Assembly: GCA_050575255.1 (NCBI GenBank)
Contig: JBNZDD010013640.1
Span: 2,282,834 to 2,346,833 of the forward strand
DNA from: Harriotta raleighana
Taxonomy: Eukaryota
Direction of reading: 5' to 3'
Length of the DNA stretch: 64,000 nucleotides
The translations under genes and the position numbers were made by a program. Below the pieces are notes generated by a model, which was not told the origin of the DNA, did not search any database, and worked only from the letters and a program-made list of their open reading frames with translations. Shown here piece by piece: positions 11,502 through 24,680 of the stretch. Every line of letters begins with the position of its first letter. Position 1 is the stretch's first letter.

Positions 11502-14500
11502 GTCTAAATTAATCCTGACTATGGAACAAATGTACCAACCACACGAGCTTACTAGACTTTCTATCATGGGACAGAGAGAGTGGGTCAGTGGCTTGAGGGA
11601 ATCCAAAGTTACAAGTTTAGTTTGCTCAATGTACAGACTCCACCAGACATAGTAGTATAAACCAAGCATGCAACTAGGGTCGATGCATCACTAGGATACA
11701 CGTTTGTCCTTTCTTGGGGGTAAGATGCTACAATTTTTTTCTTAGAAGAAAAATGTATTCTGCAACTGTGGCTCTGAGAAACTATGTGAGATCACCTCCA
11801 GGAGGTATACTCCTGTTGCTTTTAGCTGTACACCCACTGACATCGAATCACATTCAGTGCAGTGAAAGCTTCATATCAATTCAAATGTAAAGTTTGAGAA
11901 ATGATCAGCTGATCAATTGCAATGTCCTTCAGAAAATGAAAGTTAGCAGGAATCCAGCAGTGTATCAACTCTTTACGAGCATTAAATATAAAAGCAATTT
12001 TGACCATAAACCACAACTCTGCATTCATGTTCTCAATGCTGCAAGCTTACATCCCTCAATCTAAGACATGCAGATTCCAGTAAAACTGAGCAGTCATCAA
12101 TTTCTAACAAAATATCTATTTCTGTCTCGAATAATTTGGCCCAGATTAAACAGGAGCTGAAAGTACAAAGGGGAATAATTCACTGATCGTCAGTACATTC
12201 TGCAAACTTAACCAGTGTGTTCATTTTATTCAGTGTTATACCTGAGCATGTAGTGGAATTTGCAAAGAAACTCATGCCATCAAAGTTGGCAAATTTACCA
12301 AAGAGCAGAGAATAAGATGTTATTGTCTACAAGGTACGTTTGGCAATTTCGCTGACAATAGGAAAATCAACCCGATATCTCGCTTGTTACTGTTCATAAA
12401 ATGTTAGTACACAAAATCACAGTCACTGTCTTAATGAAAAATAATTTGAAAAAAGCATTGCAAGTTCAAATGTACTGTTTAATCATTTTAAAATAAGTTT
12501 ACTAAATTTTCAAGGCTTATTATTCACAGGAAATATGTGAACCATGAACATTATTGCAATCCTGTTTGAAACATGTGGAGTGTGAAAGTGTTAAAATGAT
12601 AGTATTAGGGAACAGAATGGTTTAGAAATGCCATAATTTTGATCCATACCCATTTTTGATAAAGATTTGGGGAAAAACGTATAACAAATTAAAAAAAACA
12701 AATTTTTAATGAATTAATTAAGTTTTTATTTGCTTTTCGATACATTGGTACATTGGAATGGAATTCTTGCAATTTCTGCAGCAAATTGGCTAAAATATAC
12801 ATTGCTTATAATAAGAACTTTTAAGAGCCAATAATTGAAAAGCAATAATAAACATCGCACTTTAAAATAGTACAACCTTTTTAGGAAGTTTGACATGTAT
12901 TTGAAAATATATGTAATTGCTGGCTCGCAATAATTTTATTTGATGAATTGTACTGGACTTAAGTATCTTGGACATGTTAATGTCCTTAATATCCTTATGT
13001 GTCAATGTGAAGCATTTCCCTCCCCTCACCCAGTTAGCATTGGTCAAAGAGGTGGCAGCACTCAAAACAAAAGTTGATTTAAGCACAACTGAAAACAATT
13101 TCCCTTGGTATACGACTATCAACATTGGGAAGATAATCAATGTGTCATATATGTGAGTGTCAAAGGTAACACCATTTTTTAAACGATTATCACCTTAAAA
13201 TGCATCCACTTAGCAAAGTGCTTGTGGTGGAGTAGAATCCCGTTATAACTTGGTCCATTTTAACATTATTTCCCTTAAAACGTGAATGCGGTGTGGACCC
13301 TAATCATTGCACACACACTCAGCCAGCCAGTTCATTTTGCTTATACTGCATGGCCCTGTACTTGCAATGTTCAACCTCCTGCTCACTAGGTCGCTGATCG
13401 TATCACTTGAGAGATGTCGATACACAGTGTGCAACAAGTGGTAACCTAATGACCTGATAGTCAAAAAATTTAGGGAAGACTTAACAAATAGCTGTGTACA
13501 TGCACACTGAAATCAACTACTGCAACCCCATTATATTGCGGGATGGAAATGTTTTAGTCCGCCAAGCACCATGTTGCAATGAACCCTATCAAAATAGTTT
13601 ATAAAAGAATAGAGAAAGAGCTAGAGTCCCTTCATTTGCAAAAGAAACCTCTCTCTTGACAACGGAATTTTATTCACGATGCATTGGCCATGCTTTTCCA
13701 CTTTGTTAAAAAAGTATAATTTACATCAAAGGTAGATAGGTGCTCATTTGGTCCCACACACTTTTCCACAGCACACAGTTTCAATGCAACTCTAGTATTC
13801 AATTCTCAATAGTAGCTCAACCCATTTCACGTGTAACAAAACAGTAAAAACATTAAATTGTTTAAGTTAATGAATTGTAAGTTCGAGCAAAGTGTAAGAT
13901 TTAGGTTTCAATTTGAATTTACTGTACCACTTGTAATTTTAGTCACTGTACCAAATAAATTGTGTTTGTTCAGTATACCTTTGAGGATATAAGCAGCATT
14001 TCTGCATATACAGTAGCAAGATTCCAGTTTTGCTGTTCACTTAACGAATAGAGTCAATTGAGTATTTCCCACCGGCTCTGTGCTTTCACTAAATTTTTTT
14101 TAAAACATTGAACACCAATTTGCAGAGAATTGTTTGTGTAGCATGGGTTTGGCAATGTAAATAGTCTAAATCTCAAAAGATTCATGTGCTGTAATTTGTT
14201 TTTTCCTTAAAAAAGGTTACAAATAGCCAATGGCATAGAGAAGTGTAATTGTGGATTTCTCATCGTTCTGGATCACAGTTAGTAGGTTCCAATTGCTAAC
14301 ACTATGGGTCTTTTCAATCCATCTTTAGAATGGATGCGATGAATATTACATTATAAATTCACACAATAGTCATGGCATGAGGAAGTTTCCAGTGTCTTAG
14401 ATATTTTCAAATGATTCTGCCATTATTTAATTTGTCACTGAGTACAAAAGTATTATATCTAATTTAGTTGATCAATACGAAATAAAATTGGTTCCTCTCT

Positions 14501-15591
14501 TCTCTCACCCAATCTGAGAGATTATAAATTTGGGCATATGTCCAAACCTCTGTTGGTTTAATTGGTTGCCTGGTTTAACCACGAGGACATGCTCTGGAGA
14601 GTAAATTTCTAATACTTCTCATTTTATTCAATTGTTGGTTTACCTTTTTTTTGGTAAATGAATCTCCTGGGATGGTTTTGAGAAATGGAAATGTATCATC
14701 TGGGCTAAAATTATGTGTCAGTTTTCTCGCCTTGCTCCAGCTTTGAGGTCTATTTTTCGCTGAGTTTGTGAAAACAGAGATATTTGGGCTATGCCTTTAC
14801 AATGGCGTAATAGAATCCGGATATAAGGCCCCTGTTTTAACACTGCGTTGCTTATAAGGCAGGTGACCTGTGAGCCCGCTGTTCACTTTGACTGTGTCTT
14901 TGGACCAGTTTGGTTGGCTTCCACGCATTTAAAAAAAAATCTTGACTTCCAGTTAACTGTGGTCTTCTGCATCTCCACACAGTGTGCAGCGAGTGAGTTC
15001 AAAACCAACCCGATTCCCAGAAGCAGATGATTTTTCACCGCGGGAAACTGACTGCTTTTGTGAACACACGGTCAGCGCACTGTTGGCATAGGTTGGAATT
15101 TTATGGATCTTAACTATTGCCATGTAACCAAGATTTGATTGAATTCCACCAAGGTCAGAACATTTACTGTAATTGGACAATAGCCCCTGAGTCAACAGCA
15201 TGTTAGAAGAGGGGACTAATAGATAGGCCCCTCTGTTCAGCTGCATTTCTTCCGCTGCAGAACAGAATCCTCTTCTGACATTGTGGCCAGCAATAGACGG
15301 TTGCTTTGATGAATTAAGCTTCTAGAACAAGGCAAAAGCTGATGTGAAAGACATTTGCTCACCTAGCAGCCGATCATTGGGTTTCAATAAACTATACAAC
15401 AATGAACCACTTCGAATTACTTCCGCGTTAAAAAATAAATCGATTTTGCGACAGCAAACAATAATCAAAAGAAGCGACAGCAGAAGTGCAACAAAACTGC
15501 AATTTATGGTATTTACAGCATTGAAATCTGTTGAGCTCCTATGAATACTGAATTTAGAGCGCCTATTAAAGATTTCCTTTGGGACTCCTAC

Positions 15592-15769
15592 CAGTGGTAT
15601 AGACGTGCCTGATGGACTGGTCTGCCGAAGGGTGTAGTAATGTGGAAGCAGCAGGGGAGGACTGTGTCTTGGAAACAGGCCTGTGTTTGTCTAATCCTGT
15701 CATGCCAACCAGAGCCATCTGAGACTGGTACACTCGAAGGTGCTGGTCACGCTGATGCTCCTGGAATTG
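15592..15769 (-). CDS. HDAC9: HDAC9 coding exon (approx. exon 13), 178 nt: QFQEHQRDQHLRVYQSQMALVGMTGLDKHRPVSKTQSSPAASTLLHPSADQSIRHVYTT(G)
   Basis: Absent from the ORF track; read by hand. Acceptor gtttctatggtaacag, donor gtagga, phase 0-1. VGMTGLDKHR..SSPAAS resembles HDAC9 VGMDGLEKHR..SSPAAS. Confidence 0.92.
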
Positions 15770-16399
15770 CTGTTACCATAGAAACAACACAGTAGGAAGA
15801 AATGTGAGAGGGATCAAGTAAGACACTTGGAGAAACATGTCAACAAATTAAGTTCATTAGGTCAGTACCATAATAAACATTGTGAAAACCTGAGGCCTAG
15901 TCAATAAATCCCTTCAACAGATGTTCTCACACTGTCAGTCAAGAGCTGATTACTTCACTATGAGCATTTAGTACTGAGCAGCTTCTTAAAACTGCTCATT
16001 ATTTTCTCAGGCAGACATGGAGAATACAGCAGCTGTTTGACTTGAGACGCTTCAGTTATAAAGAAGTAACAAAAAGGAAATTCAGTTTCTCTTTTAAATA
16101 AAAATGACTACAATGATATTATAATACTGTTTTGGTCCCCCCAAAAAAAACATACTCTGATATAAGTGTGTGTTAAAGGTGCACTCAACACAATATTGTG
16201 GCTTGTGGACACAAAACAAAATAATAATTCAGCCTATTAACACAACACTGTTCCTTGTTTGCTGAAAACCTTTACACTTTTCTCCAAATGACTATATAAC
16301 TCTATCTATGCTCAATTCATATATTTAGGTAACCTTGGTGCAATGCTAATTAGTTCTTCTCCAGCTCCCCTGCTATACATACTGTTCATAAATAATAAT

Positions 16400-16960
16400 A
16401 TACAGTAATATTATTACTTATCTTTGTTATAGCAGCATATCATGTCTTTGAAATGACTCAAAACACTTCACATCATGTACTGTAAAGGGATGTGATTTTG
16501 TAGGCGAAAGCAACAAAATCTTTAATTTCTGAGCTACTTTCCTGACTCCATTTGCCCGATAATCATCCCTCGAACAAAAAATAACAAGTTGGTCAATCCA
16601 ATACTGTTTGTGGGACACTACTGTGTACAATTGGCTGCTGTGTTTCACCCACAAAAATACACTCAATTCACTGTGCAATATGTACTGTGAAGTGCTGTGA
16701 GACGTCCAGAAATTGTGAAAAGCACTATATTAAATACAAGGATTATTATTATTATTATTTAACATTCACTCGGACAGCCAGACAGGATCTCAGTTTAACA
16801 TATCATCTGGAGGACGACAACTCCTATAATGCAATACATCCCTAGCACTGAATTGGAAAGTAAAAACTGACTAAATAGGTTCCAAGTGCTGATGTGGGGC
16901 TTGAACCCATAAACTGCTGACTTAGACATAAGAGTACTAACAATTGAGTTAGATTAACAC
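16400..16960. mobile_element. Cluster of SINE fragments: - tail (approx. 16400-16510), + 3' half of young SINE (approx. 16558-16758), - SacSINE1-like 5' part (approx. 16760-16950)
   Basis: The last part reads gtggggcttgaacccataaactgctgacttagacataagagtac (reverse tRNA-like head) and agacaggatctcagtttaacatatcatctggaggacg (reverse Deu-like). Confidence 0.7.
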
Positions 16961-17625
16961 AATTTGAGTGAAGCTTGTAATCGTGAAAAATGTTGGCAAT
17001 GTCATCAGTTGATAAGTAAAGACACTGGTCCATGGGTTTATCCCCTACCTCCCACCTCCACTCTTTCAGTATGATTGAATCTGACACCATTCCACAATAG
17101 ATTGTGAATCTTCCTTCATAACAAGGGAAAGCACTTCTTATGAAGCAGTGTAAAGCCACATTCCTTGCTGGGCAACAATCTTGGCTGCAGTAAAATTGTT
17201 GGAAACTATGCGACCAAACACTGTGTCAAAGTCAAGTGGTGTGCTGAGTGCTATACCTGTAACAATCTTATTAATTGGAAAAAAAAGTAAGAGATTCAAG
17301 GCTCCAAATGCACCTCGTCTTATTTTTTTAAACTATTTCTTTTTTAGAATTAAAAATTGTGTGTNTGGTGTGCTGAGTGCTATACCTGTAACAATCTTAT
17401 TAATTGGAAAAAAAAATGTAAGAGATTCAAGGCTCCAAATGCACCTCGTCTTATTCTTTTAAACTATTTCTTTTTTAGAATTTAACATTGTGTGAAACTT
17501 TGGAAATTATTATTCAGCCATAGTTTGGAAGCTGCTTTGTCACAATTATTGAAGGCAACCGGTCTCTAAATCACGACCAAATTTACGAATTTCCATAGTA
17601 ATACTTGCCCTTCACAGATTAGACA

Positions 17626-17940
17626 GTGGAGTCCTGTAGCTCAGTGGTTAGAGCACTCGCCTTACAAGCCTGAGACCTGGATTCGATTCCAGGCAGGTTA
17701 GGATGAAATCTTGGACAAGTTTCCTTACTCCACATACCTGATAATAATCCCTCAAAAAAACAATAATAAATTGGTCATTTCAATCCACGACTGTTTGTGG
17801 GACACTTCTGCACAAAATTGGCTGCCGGGTTTTGTCCACGTTTATACAGTCAATTCACTTTACAGTAAATTCTGCGGAGCACTTTGAGACGTCTAGAAGA
17901 CATGAGAAGCTCTATATCAAATGCAAGGATTATTATTATT
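17626..17940 (+). mobile_element. Young tRNA-headed SINE, full length
   Basis: gtggagtcctgtagctcagtggttagagcac...ggattcgattcc...atcaaatgcaaggattattattatt. Confidence 0.92.
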
Positions 17941-19469
17941 AAGTGAATTATTAAGTATATTTTGTGGGTGAAATGCGGCAGCCAATCAAAATACTCACAT
18001 TAATTTTGAAGATGTACTGGTTTTAAAGGGTAAAACTAGTGATTTTTCAGGTCATCAAATGATTTATTAACAAATTGGAGGATCTGTTAAGAAACATCAC
18101 ATATTTCATGAATAATCAGTTTTTTTAAAATTAACCTCATTATTATGTTTCTTTCAGATTTATAGCAATCAGTTTTTGCAACCCACATAAAGTTTACCAC
18201 ATTACAGTATCACATTATAGGGAATATTTGAAAACAAAACACAATTAGCAAAATTCCCTGAAAAGGTAAATTTGGAAGAGACAAGCACAAGGAAACATGA
18301 AAGTACAAAAAAAACATTTAGTCTAGAAGATCTCACTTTCCACAGAGCATGGTAAACCTACCTCATGTAATCATGTATACTTCGCTCAATACAATTCACA
18401 CATAGATTGCTATTTTACTGTCAGGAGGGCATCTCAAAAGTGCAGAATAAAGTAATTAGGATTGGGCACTGGAGCTGAGGATGGAAGTTGAGGCGAATTT
18501 TCGAATCCCAATCCCAGTTTTGCTCATTTAGTTTGCATCTTAGACTCTGTTCGCCAATACTGTAATAGAAACAGTTCAGTCTGATATGAAGAAGCTCTGA
18601 TCGCAAATGCTTGTTGTAGAAAAAATTATATCGCTTGAAAGAGTTAATCCATACTGTGTTTATGATGCACACTGACCATGTTTTAGATTCTGGCTTGAAA
18701 TATGTTAATAATTTGCACATCAAGAATCCAATTTACCAGAAGATTGGGGAGTTTAACTCTCATGACAAACTTCACTTAACATCTGGAAACTATGAGCTTA
18801 AAAAAATGTCTTTTTAAATCACTATCTGACAGCTAACAGAAAGTTAATAATGTGACAAAAACAGTAGTATGCTAAATGTTATCCTATTGAGGGAACATTA
18901 AATCCATTGCACCTAAAGTGCCTCCTTTCCATCGCTAAGTTCCTTTTACTTGAACATCTTCAAACTGTCATGGATCTGAAGCCAATAACACTACAAGTTT
19001 TACCCTGAATTATGTGTGGGAACAAGCAACAGTATTTTTGAGATGTATCGGGACATTTGGGGGTGAAAATGCAGCATGTAGTATCATACTTCTGATTGGG
19101 ACACTGGAGTCCAAAAACAAACAAATTTGGTCTTCTGAAATTGAGCTGAAATACTTGACTTTAACACCCACATGAACAGGCTGGTAATAGTGGCAAAACA
19201 AAAATTGAGAAGAAAAAAAAATCATCCTGAAACCAGCAAAAACTGCTTTGATGAATTACTGTACTTAAGTTTGAAATAACATCTTTAATATCAGGAGCCC
19301 ATCACAAAGCATTTCACAGGAATTTACTGTAAAATATAATGACTGTGTATTTTGTAGGTGAACATGACAGACAATTTGTGTACAGCAATACCACAAATAC
19401 AACAATTTGCATTTATATAACTTCCCTCACGCAGGATATGTAAATGCTCCACATATAGCCTTGACGTGA

Positions 19470-19700
19470 ATGATTAATTTATCCGAGGAATTGTTGGCCA
19501 GGACACGAACAGAAACTCTCTTCGTGTTTTGAACAGTGCAGTGTGATCTTTAACACCCACATGAACAGGTTGATAGGACTTTGGGATAGCGTCTGATTTG
19601 AAGGATAACACTTTGAATATACTGCAACTCCCAGGCCTGCCTGGTGTCAGCCTTAGACTCTGAGTTACAAAATTCCACAATGGAATAATTATCACCTCTG
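19470..19700 (-). mobile_element. Old Deu-domain SINE fragment (SacSINE1-like)
   Basis: ttgttggccaggacacgaacagaaactctcttcg...gatctttaacacccacatgaacagg...gtgtcagcctt. Confidence 0.7.
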
Positions 19701-19904
19701 ATGATTATCACATCAAATGTCACATCTTTTGCCCCAATTTTTCAATGTAAGATATTCTTTTGAAGCAGTTCATCAAATGATATTGTCTGTTTAAATGCAA
19801 TGATCTGCACCACAGGCCTTGATGTGTCACGGGCAATGTTGGCACTGAGCAAATTTCCTGAAATCTCTTTACATGTGCAGTCATTACAGACAAACGACAT
19901 ATCA

Positions 19905-20012
19905 ATCAATCAATCAATCAAAATTTTATTTATATAGCGCCCTTCACGTCGGGAGGACGTCCCAAAGCGCTGTACAGCCAAGTAGGGGGGGAGGGCTCAG
20001 GGAAAGGAGTAG
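19905..20012 (-). mobile_element. Short L2-type 3' end with (ATCA)n tail
   Basis: tttatatagcgcccttcacgtcgggaggacgtcccaaagcgctgtacag; near-identical to 48050-48140 and 63920-64000. Confidence 0.75.
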
Positions 20013-20029
20013 GAAAAATTGTATACTCT

Positions 20030-20445
20030 TTAGAGGAGGCGAGCTTGGGGTAACTGGGGCCTCCTTGGAGCTGAGTTGATTCCAAAGTGACATGCTTGGC
20101 AACATAATGAAAGAATTGATTCAACCATCTGTAGTGGTTTTAGTCGTCTGGTTCCTCGGCCGAGAGGGTGCAAAGTCCTCCAGGGCACAACTGATGACAG
20201 ACCAGCCAGCATGACTCATTGATAGGACACGGAAGGGCAGACCAGCTACTTGGTCAAGGGATTTGTCCCACTGAGTTTCTAAAAACCCTGCAACCCAGAG
20301 CTCTAATAGGTAGGACAAATCTAGCTGGACAAGCATTAGGAAGCTTGCTACACAGTCCTCCAAATTGCTCTTGGCTTTAGCTGATCAAACTTCGACATAC
20401 ACTCTAGGATCTCCAAACTATGGCTCTCACCAACTTGTGCCTTCT
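20030..20445 (+). repeat. Unclassified dispersed repeat (family X), 5' part
   Basis: ggggcctccttggagctgagttgattccaaagtgacatgct aligns with 42590-42630; ctagctggacaagcattaggaagcttgc aligns with approx. 42750 and approx. 24300. Confidence 0.65.
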
Positions 20446-20499
20446 ACTTCAGTGCACATTCCAAACCATTCCTGACACAGGAGCATTTCTCTATGTAGA

Positions 20500-20797
20500 T
20501 GGCATGTCTGTCTTTCGGATGAGATGTTAAATTGAGGTTCTCATCTGCCAGTTCAGGTGATGTTAAATATTTCAGAAAGAGAAGGGAGTTCTTCCGGTGT
20601 CCTGGCCAACAATCCTCCAAATAAAATTTGGCTATTCCTTTCATGGCTATTTGTGGGACATTATTGTACACAATTGTGCTGCTGTGTCTGCCTACAAATA
20701 TACAGTCACTCCATTTCACAGTGAATCCTGTGAAGCGGTTGGCAGACATGTTTCTGATTTGATAAGGTGCTCTAGCAAATGCAAGGATTATTATTAG
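20500..20797 (+). mobile_element. Old Deu-domain SINE (SacSINE1-like), 5'-truncated
   Basis: gtctttcggatgagatgttaaattgagg...agggagttcttccggtgtcctggccaac...tttgtgggacattattgtacacaatt...aaatgcaaggattattatt. Confidence 0.8.
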
Positions 20798-21789
20798 GAT
20801 CATCGAGTAGAACACTCATTCTAGTTTGGATATTTTTAATCATAGCGATGGCCAAACTTCCTGTTGGCTGATCAAACCAAAACAGAACAATGTAGGTTCC
20901 AACAAGCTTTCAAATTATACTATTGATCAGCTCCTCCATGAAAAGTGAAAGACTTAATGTATCCATGAAGCTGACAGTCCGAGCTGCTCTGAAACACTCA
21001 ATGGCTAAGTGCTGACAACCAGATGATCTCAACATTTCTAGTGTCTTGGTTTTTCTTGGTTTCCATTTCAACCAAAGCCTGATTGAGGAGTTCTCAGTTT
21101 CTCACTTTAATGGTGGCTCACAACCATCTCTGAGAAACTGGGTCCTATTTGAGGTTCGCTTAAGATCTTATCAACTCCAAGCTCATCGAACAGGATTCAA
21201 TCATTAGGTCTTGACATTCAAGAACCTCCCTGTGTCATTACACTGAATGCAACAGTAAGCTTGATGCTGCAGATTACCATTAACACAGCACTCAACTCGT
21301 CCTGTAGGCGATTCATTTAAATATACCACTACTGGAAACAGCCTGGGCTTTCTACAGACTGTAAATCCATTTATTCCATTAGAAGTGTACATGGACAGGA
21401 TCAGTCTCAACCTTAACTTCACCCCCATGGTGAAATAGCCTGCGGATACTAATTGTTTAAACTTGCACAGTTGGGTGAAGAAATTGGCGGATTGCCAGTA
21501 CTGTGGATCTGTCCCCCAGGACAAGTCACTGGCTTTATTTGCACATTTATGCCCCCAAATGGCCGTTCAGACCTGGCATTCTTCCTATTCTTTCTTCTAT
21601 TGATATCTACAATCCTCAATCTGAACACGCAACCTTCTGAACACGCAGAGATGAGAGTGCTACCAATGCAGCCTTCCTTAATGTACAGCATTGCTATGCA
21701 AGTAATTGTGAGTCTCTGGATTAGTATTTTATTTAAAATTACACATTTGCAAATCCACTAGCTGCTGGTTTCCGATTTCTGAACAAATC

Positions 21790-22250
21790 TAATTCAAGAT
21801 CCTCACTCTTCACATCTCCCTCCCTGACATAAAGCATTTTGCTAATGTTAAGCAATTACTGACCATTGCAAGCCCTATAAAGAGTCACAACAATTCAACA
21901 GCAGAGTATCCCTGAGTAAATGTGACATTTTCCAGCCTCACTCTCCTGCACTCATCCTTCACTCAGCAAACTCAGTTCCGCTGCATATTCTTCATCCACT
22001 CCACCCCACCATCAGCAATCAAGCCTTCAATCATATTGCTCTCACCCTCTGGTTTTCCTTTTCTCAACCCCTTTATATTGCCTCTCTCTATTTGTCATCA
22101 AAAGCTGAGTAAAAACCTACCTATTTAACTATGGCTATTTCACTTGCCTCTGTCTTGCTTTCCCAGCCTCTCTGCTTGTTGTCCGGCTTGTTGCTATACA
22201 GCTCTCCAGGATGCTATCTTGTGTAAAGGGCACTATAGAAATGTAAGCTG
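21790..22250 (+). mobile_element. L2 LINE 3' fragment interrupted by a locally copied 75-bp segment
   Basis: aattcaagatcctcactcttcac...aaagccttc-like body...aagggcactatagaaatgtaagctgtt tail. Confidence 0.6.
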
Positions 22251-22539
22251 TTAAAATATCTCAGAATTGGAATAAGTTGAATTAAAATGTGGAAATATGG
22301 ATTCAACAGGAATCTGTAGCTGGACAGGCAAATTCTACGTTACTATTATCTAATTTTCTATCAATTCCTTATTATTTCAACATAGATCTCCTGTATCTCT
22401 TGTCATATAAGAATGAAGGTGACATCAGGCAGGCTGGATCACCCAAAATTGCCAGTAGTATCAATCCCTAGAGTCAAGCTGAATTATATTGATAGATAAT
22501 GGATAATAATAAATAACTCTGTCCAATTTTCCTCTCTCT

Positions 22540-22606
22540 TTCAAAGGAATGACAGTACAGAAAGAGACTTTATGAGTTCAAAGGAATGACAGTATAGAAA
22601 GAGACA
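22540..22606. repeat. Tandem duplication, 37-bp period
   Basis: ttcaaaggaatgacagtayagaaagagac occurs twice. Confidence 0.85.
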
Positions 22607-24199
22607 TTTGTCCCATTGAACTCTTGCTGCTCTACTGGGATTAAGACTTCAATTCCCTACTCTTTCCACATATAACATTATAATCTCTCCTTCAAATGGA
22701 GACAGACCATAGAGTTCCATTAAATATCTCTGAAGAGACAGGTTTTGGATTTCTAATCAAATGATAGGTATCAACTTTAGTAGGGCAATACTTCATCTTG
22801 GTGCTCGTGTTTTAAGCTGTTATTCAAGCTATTTCATATCCATCACAAAAAGCGATTGGGGTAAAGATCATGAGCGCAAGTGGCAGTTTCACTGAGACAT
22901 CAATCAACTTGAGGACATTCAAATCTGTATGCCACCGATATGGGTGGTGCAGAGGGGCAGAGGGCTAGTTACTGTGATGGTCTCTTCCTCCCCCCAACCC
23001 CCAACACATTATATACATTCCCATAAAGGTTCTGCTAACCGCCTATCCATTTCCCATATAGTTTAATCGTGTACTGCCAAAGGCTTTGTTCTTGATTTGA
23101 GAGGAACAAAATCAGGAAGTCAGACATGTTTTGACAAAATGATCTATAGATTATGAGGCCATTTTTGTGGCCTCTCTCAAAATAAATCAATTATCTCTAA
23201 ATGAGGCATTTTGCTAAAGTTAAGCAATTACTGACCACTGCAACCCCCATAAAGAAGAGTCACAACAATTGAACAGCAGAGTGCCCGCAAGACAGCAAAC
23301 AGTGTTCCTTGTAATTCCTTTCAGCTGTCAGAGACAGGAAGTCTCAGAAAGGGCCACTCACTCTCTCAGGGGTGAAGGGCTTTGATAATGCAGTTTGCTT
23401 TCTGCCCAGTGCGGTAAGGTCAGGCGGACACATAAAGACGAGCGATTAAAGAAATACAATATTAGCAAAGTGTGGCAAACCTTTCAAAGAAATTTCTGAC
23501 ATTATGATTCCATTTCAGAAACTCCTCAGGCTATTTATGTTAGATATCTGGTGAAGGATAACTTATTTAGCTATGGCATACCAGAGAACAGTTTGAAGTC
23601 TGCCGCTGGAGAAAAGCTAGACACTATTAAAAGAAAACAGCACTGATCTCGGACAGATAAATGACTTAATTAAATTTTCATTAACTATGCAGTCAATTTA
23701 ATTAGATATCCTTTATTCTTCAGAGGTTTAAAGATTTTTTTTACCTCCTATTTGTGATTTGGTGAGAATTGTCAGCATCGGGATATCAGTGCTATTTGGG
23801 AAACTGCACAGGTTTGTGTGTCTGGCATTGAATTTTGTGCACTATGTGAATAAAATATTGTTTGTAAATATATATTTGGACTGCCCAATTTTGAAAGTAA
23901 ATAGAAGATTTCTGTGAAATGTCCATTGTGAGCAACTGTCACAAAATAATATTGGTTATGCAGATAATCAGACAATTTTTTCTCACTGGTGACCTGACTG
24001 AGGTTATTATTGTCAAGGGTTATCAAACATACTATTCATTTTTATCATCAGTGTAGGGTGTGGGGAAGCTGAGCGAGGTCCTCTTACCAGTGTACTAGCT
24101 TGTGTTTCCAGTTTGGTAACAGAATGTTGTAACGGGATGAACTTTCTGGCAGCGTCAGTCTGCCTAGTTCATCAGTCAGGCAAGAGTGAGGTGTCAAGC

Positions 24200-24680
24200 C
24201 TGGCCAATCAGGGGGGACAGACTGGCCAGTCCAAAGATTGTCCCGACTTGGGACAATCTTGCTGAACTCTGTAAGCCAAAGCTCTAATGGTATAATTATA
24301 GCTGGATAAGAAGAGGGAAGTTTGCCAGACAGTGTTCTTCTTAGATGAACTCCACTATCTGGATGAACCCTAGCCCTACCACAAAGCAAACACTGGGGGC
24401 TCCAAACTTTGGCTATTGCCAACCCATTCCTTTGGAGTTCAACCTAACCACCGTGAAACACTTTGACATTTATCCATGTGGACAGCACTAAATATAACTT
24501 GTTGTTGTTTTTGTAATATTCAAGTAGGATGAACCCTCCCGGATAAGAGGGCACTTTCTAGTCTAGACACCAAGGAATCCAAGTACTGTATATGAGAGGT
24601 GTAAGTCTCTGTCTGGTTTGGATACTCTTATGATAGTGATGGATTGTTGCACATGTCAGTCACGAGGTTGACCAAAAAAA
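24200..24680 (+). repeat. Unclassified dispersed repeat (family X), central and 3' part with an L2 tail inserted at approx. 24450-24512
   Basis: ctgtctggtttggatactcttatgatagtgatggattgttgcacatgtcag aligns with approx. 43028-43080; ends in an A-run. Confidence 0.6.

Noticed and set aside
17237-17494. Apparent 128-bp tandem duplication (and similar ones at approx. 27981-28170, 30498-30700, 55657-55773, 56222-56741, 61803-62220)
   Set aside because: Each is centred on a single 'n', so these are most simply unmerged allelic contig overlaps rather than real tandem repeats.
17626-17700. tRNA-like sequence with A and B boxes (also 61581-61655 and others)
   Set aside because: These are SINE heads: there is no proper acceptor stem or terminator and they run directly into the SINE body, so they are not called as tRNA genes.
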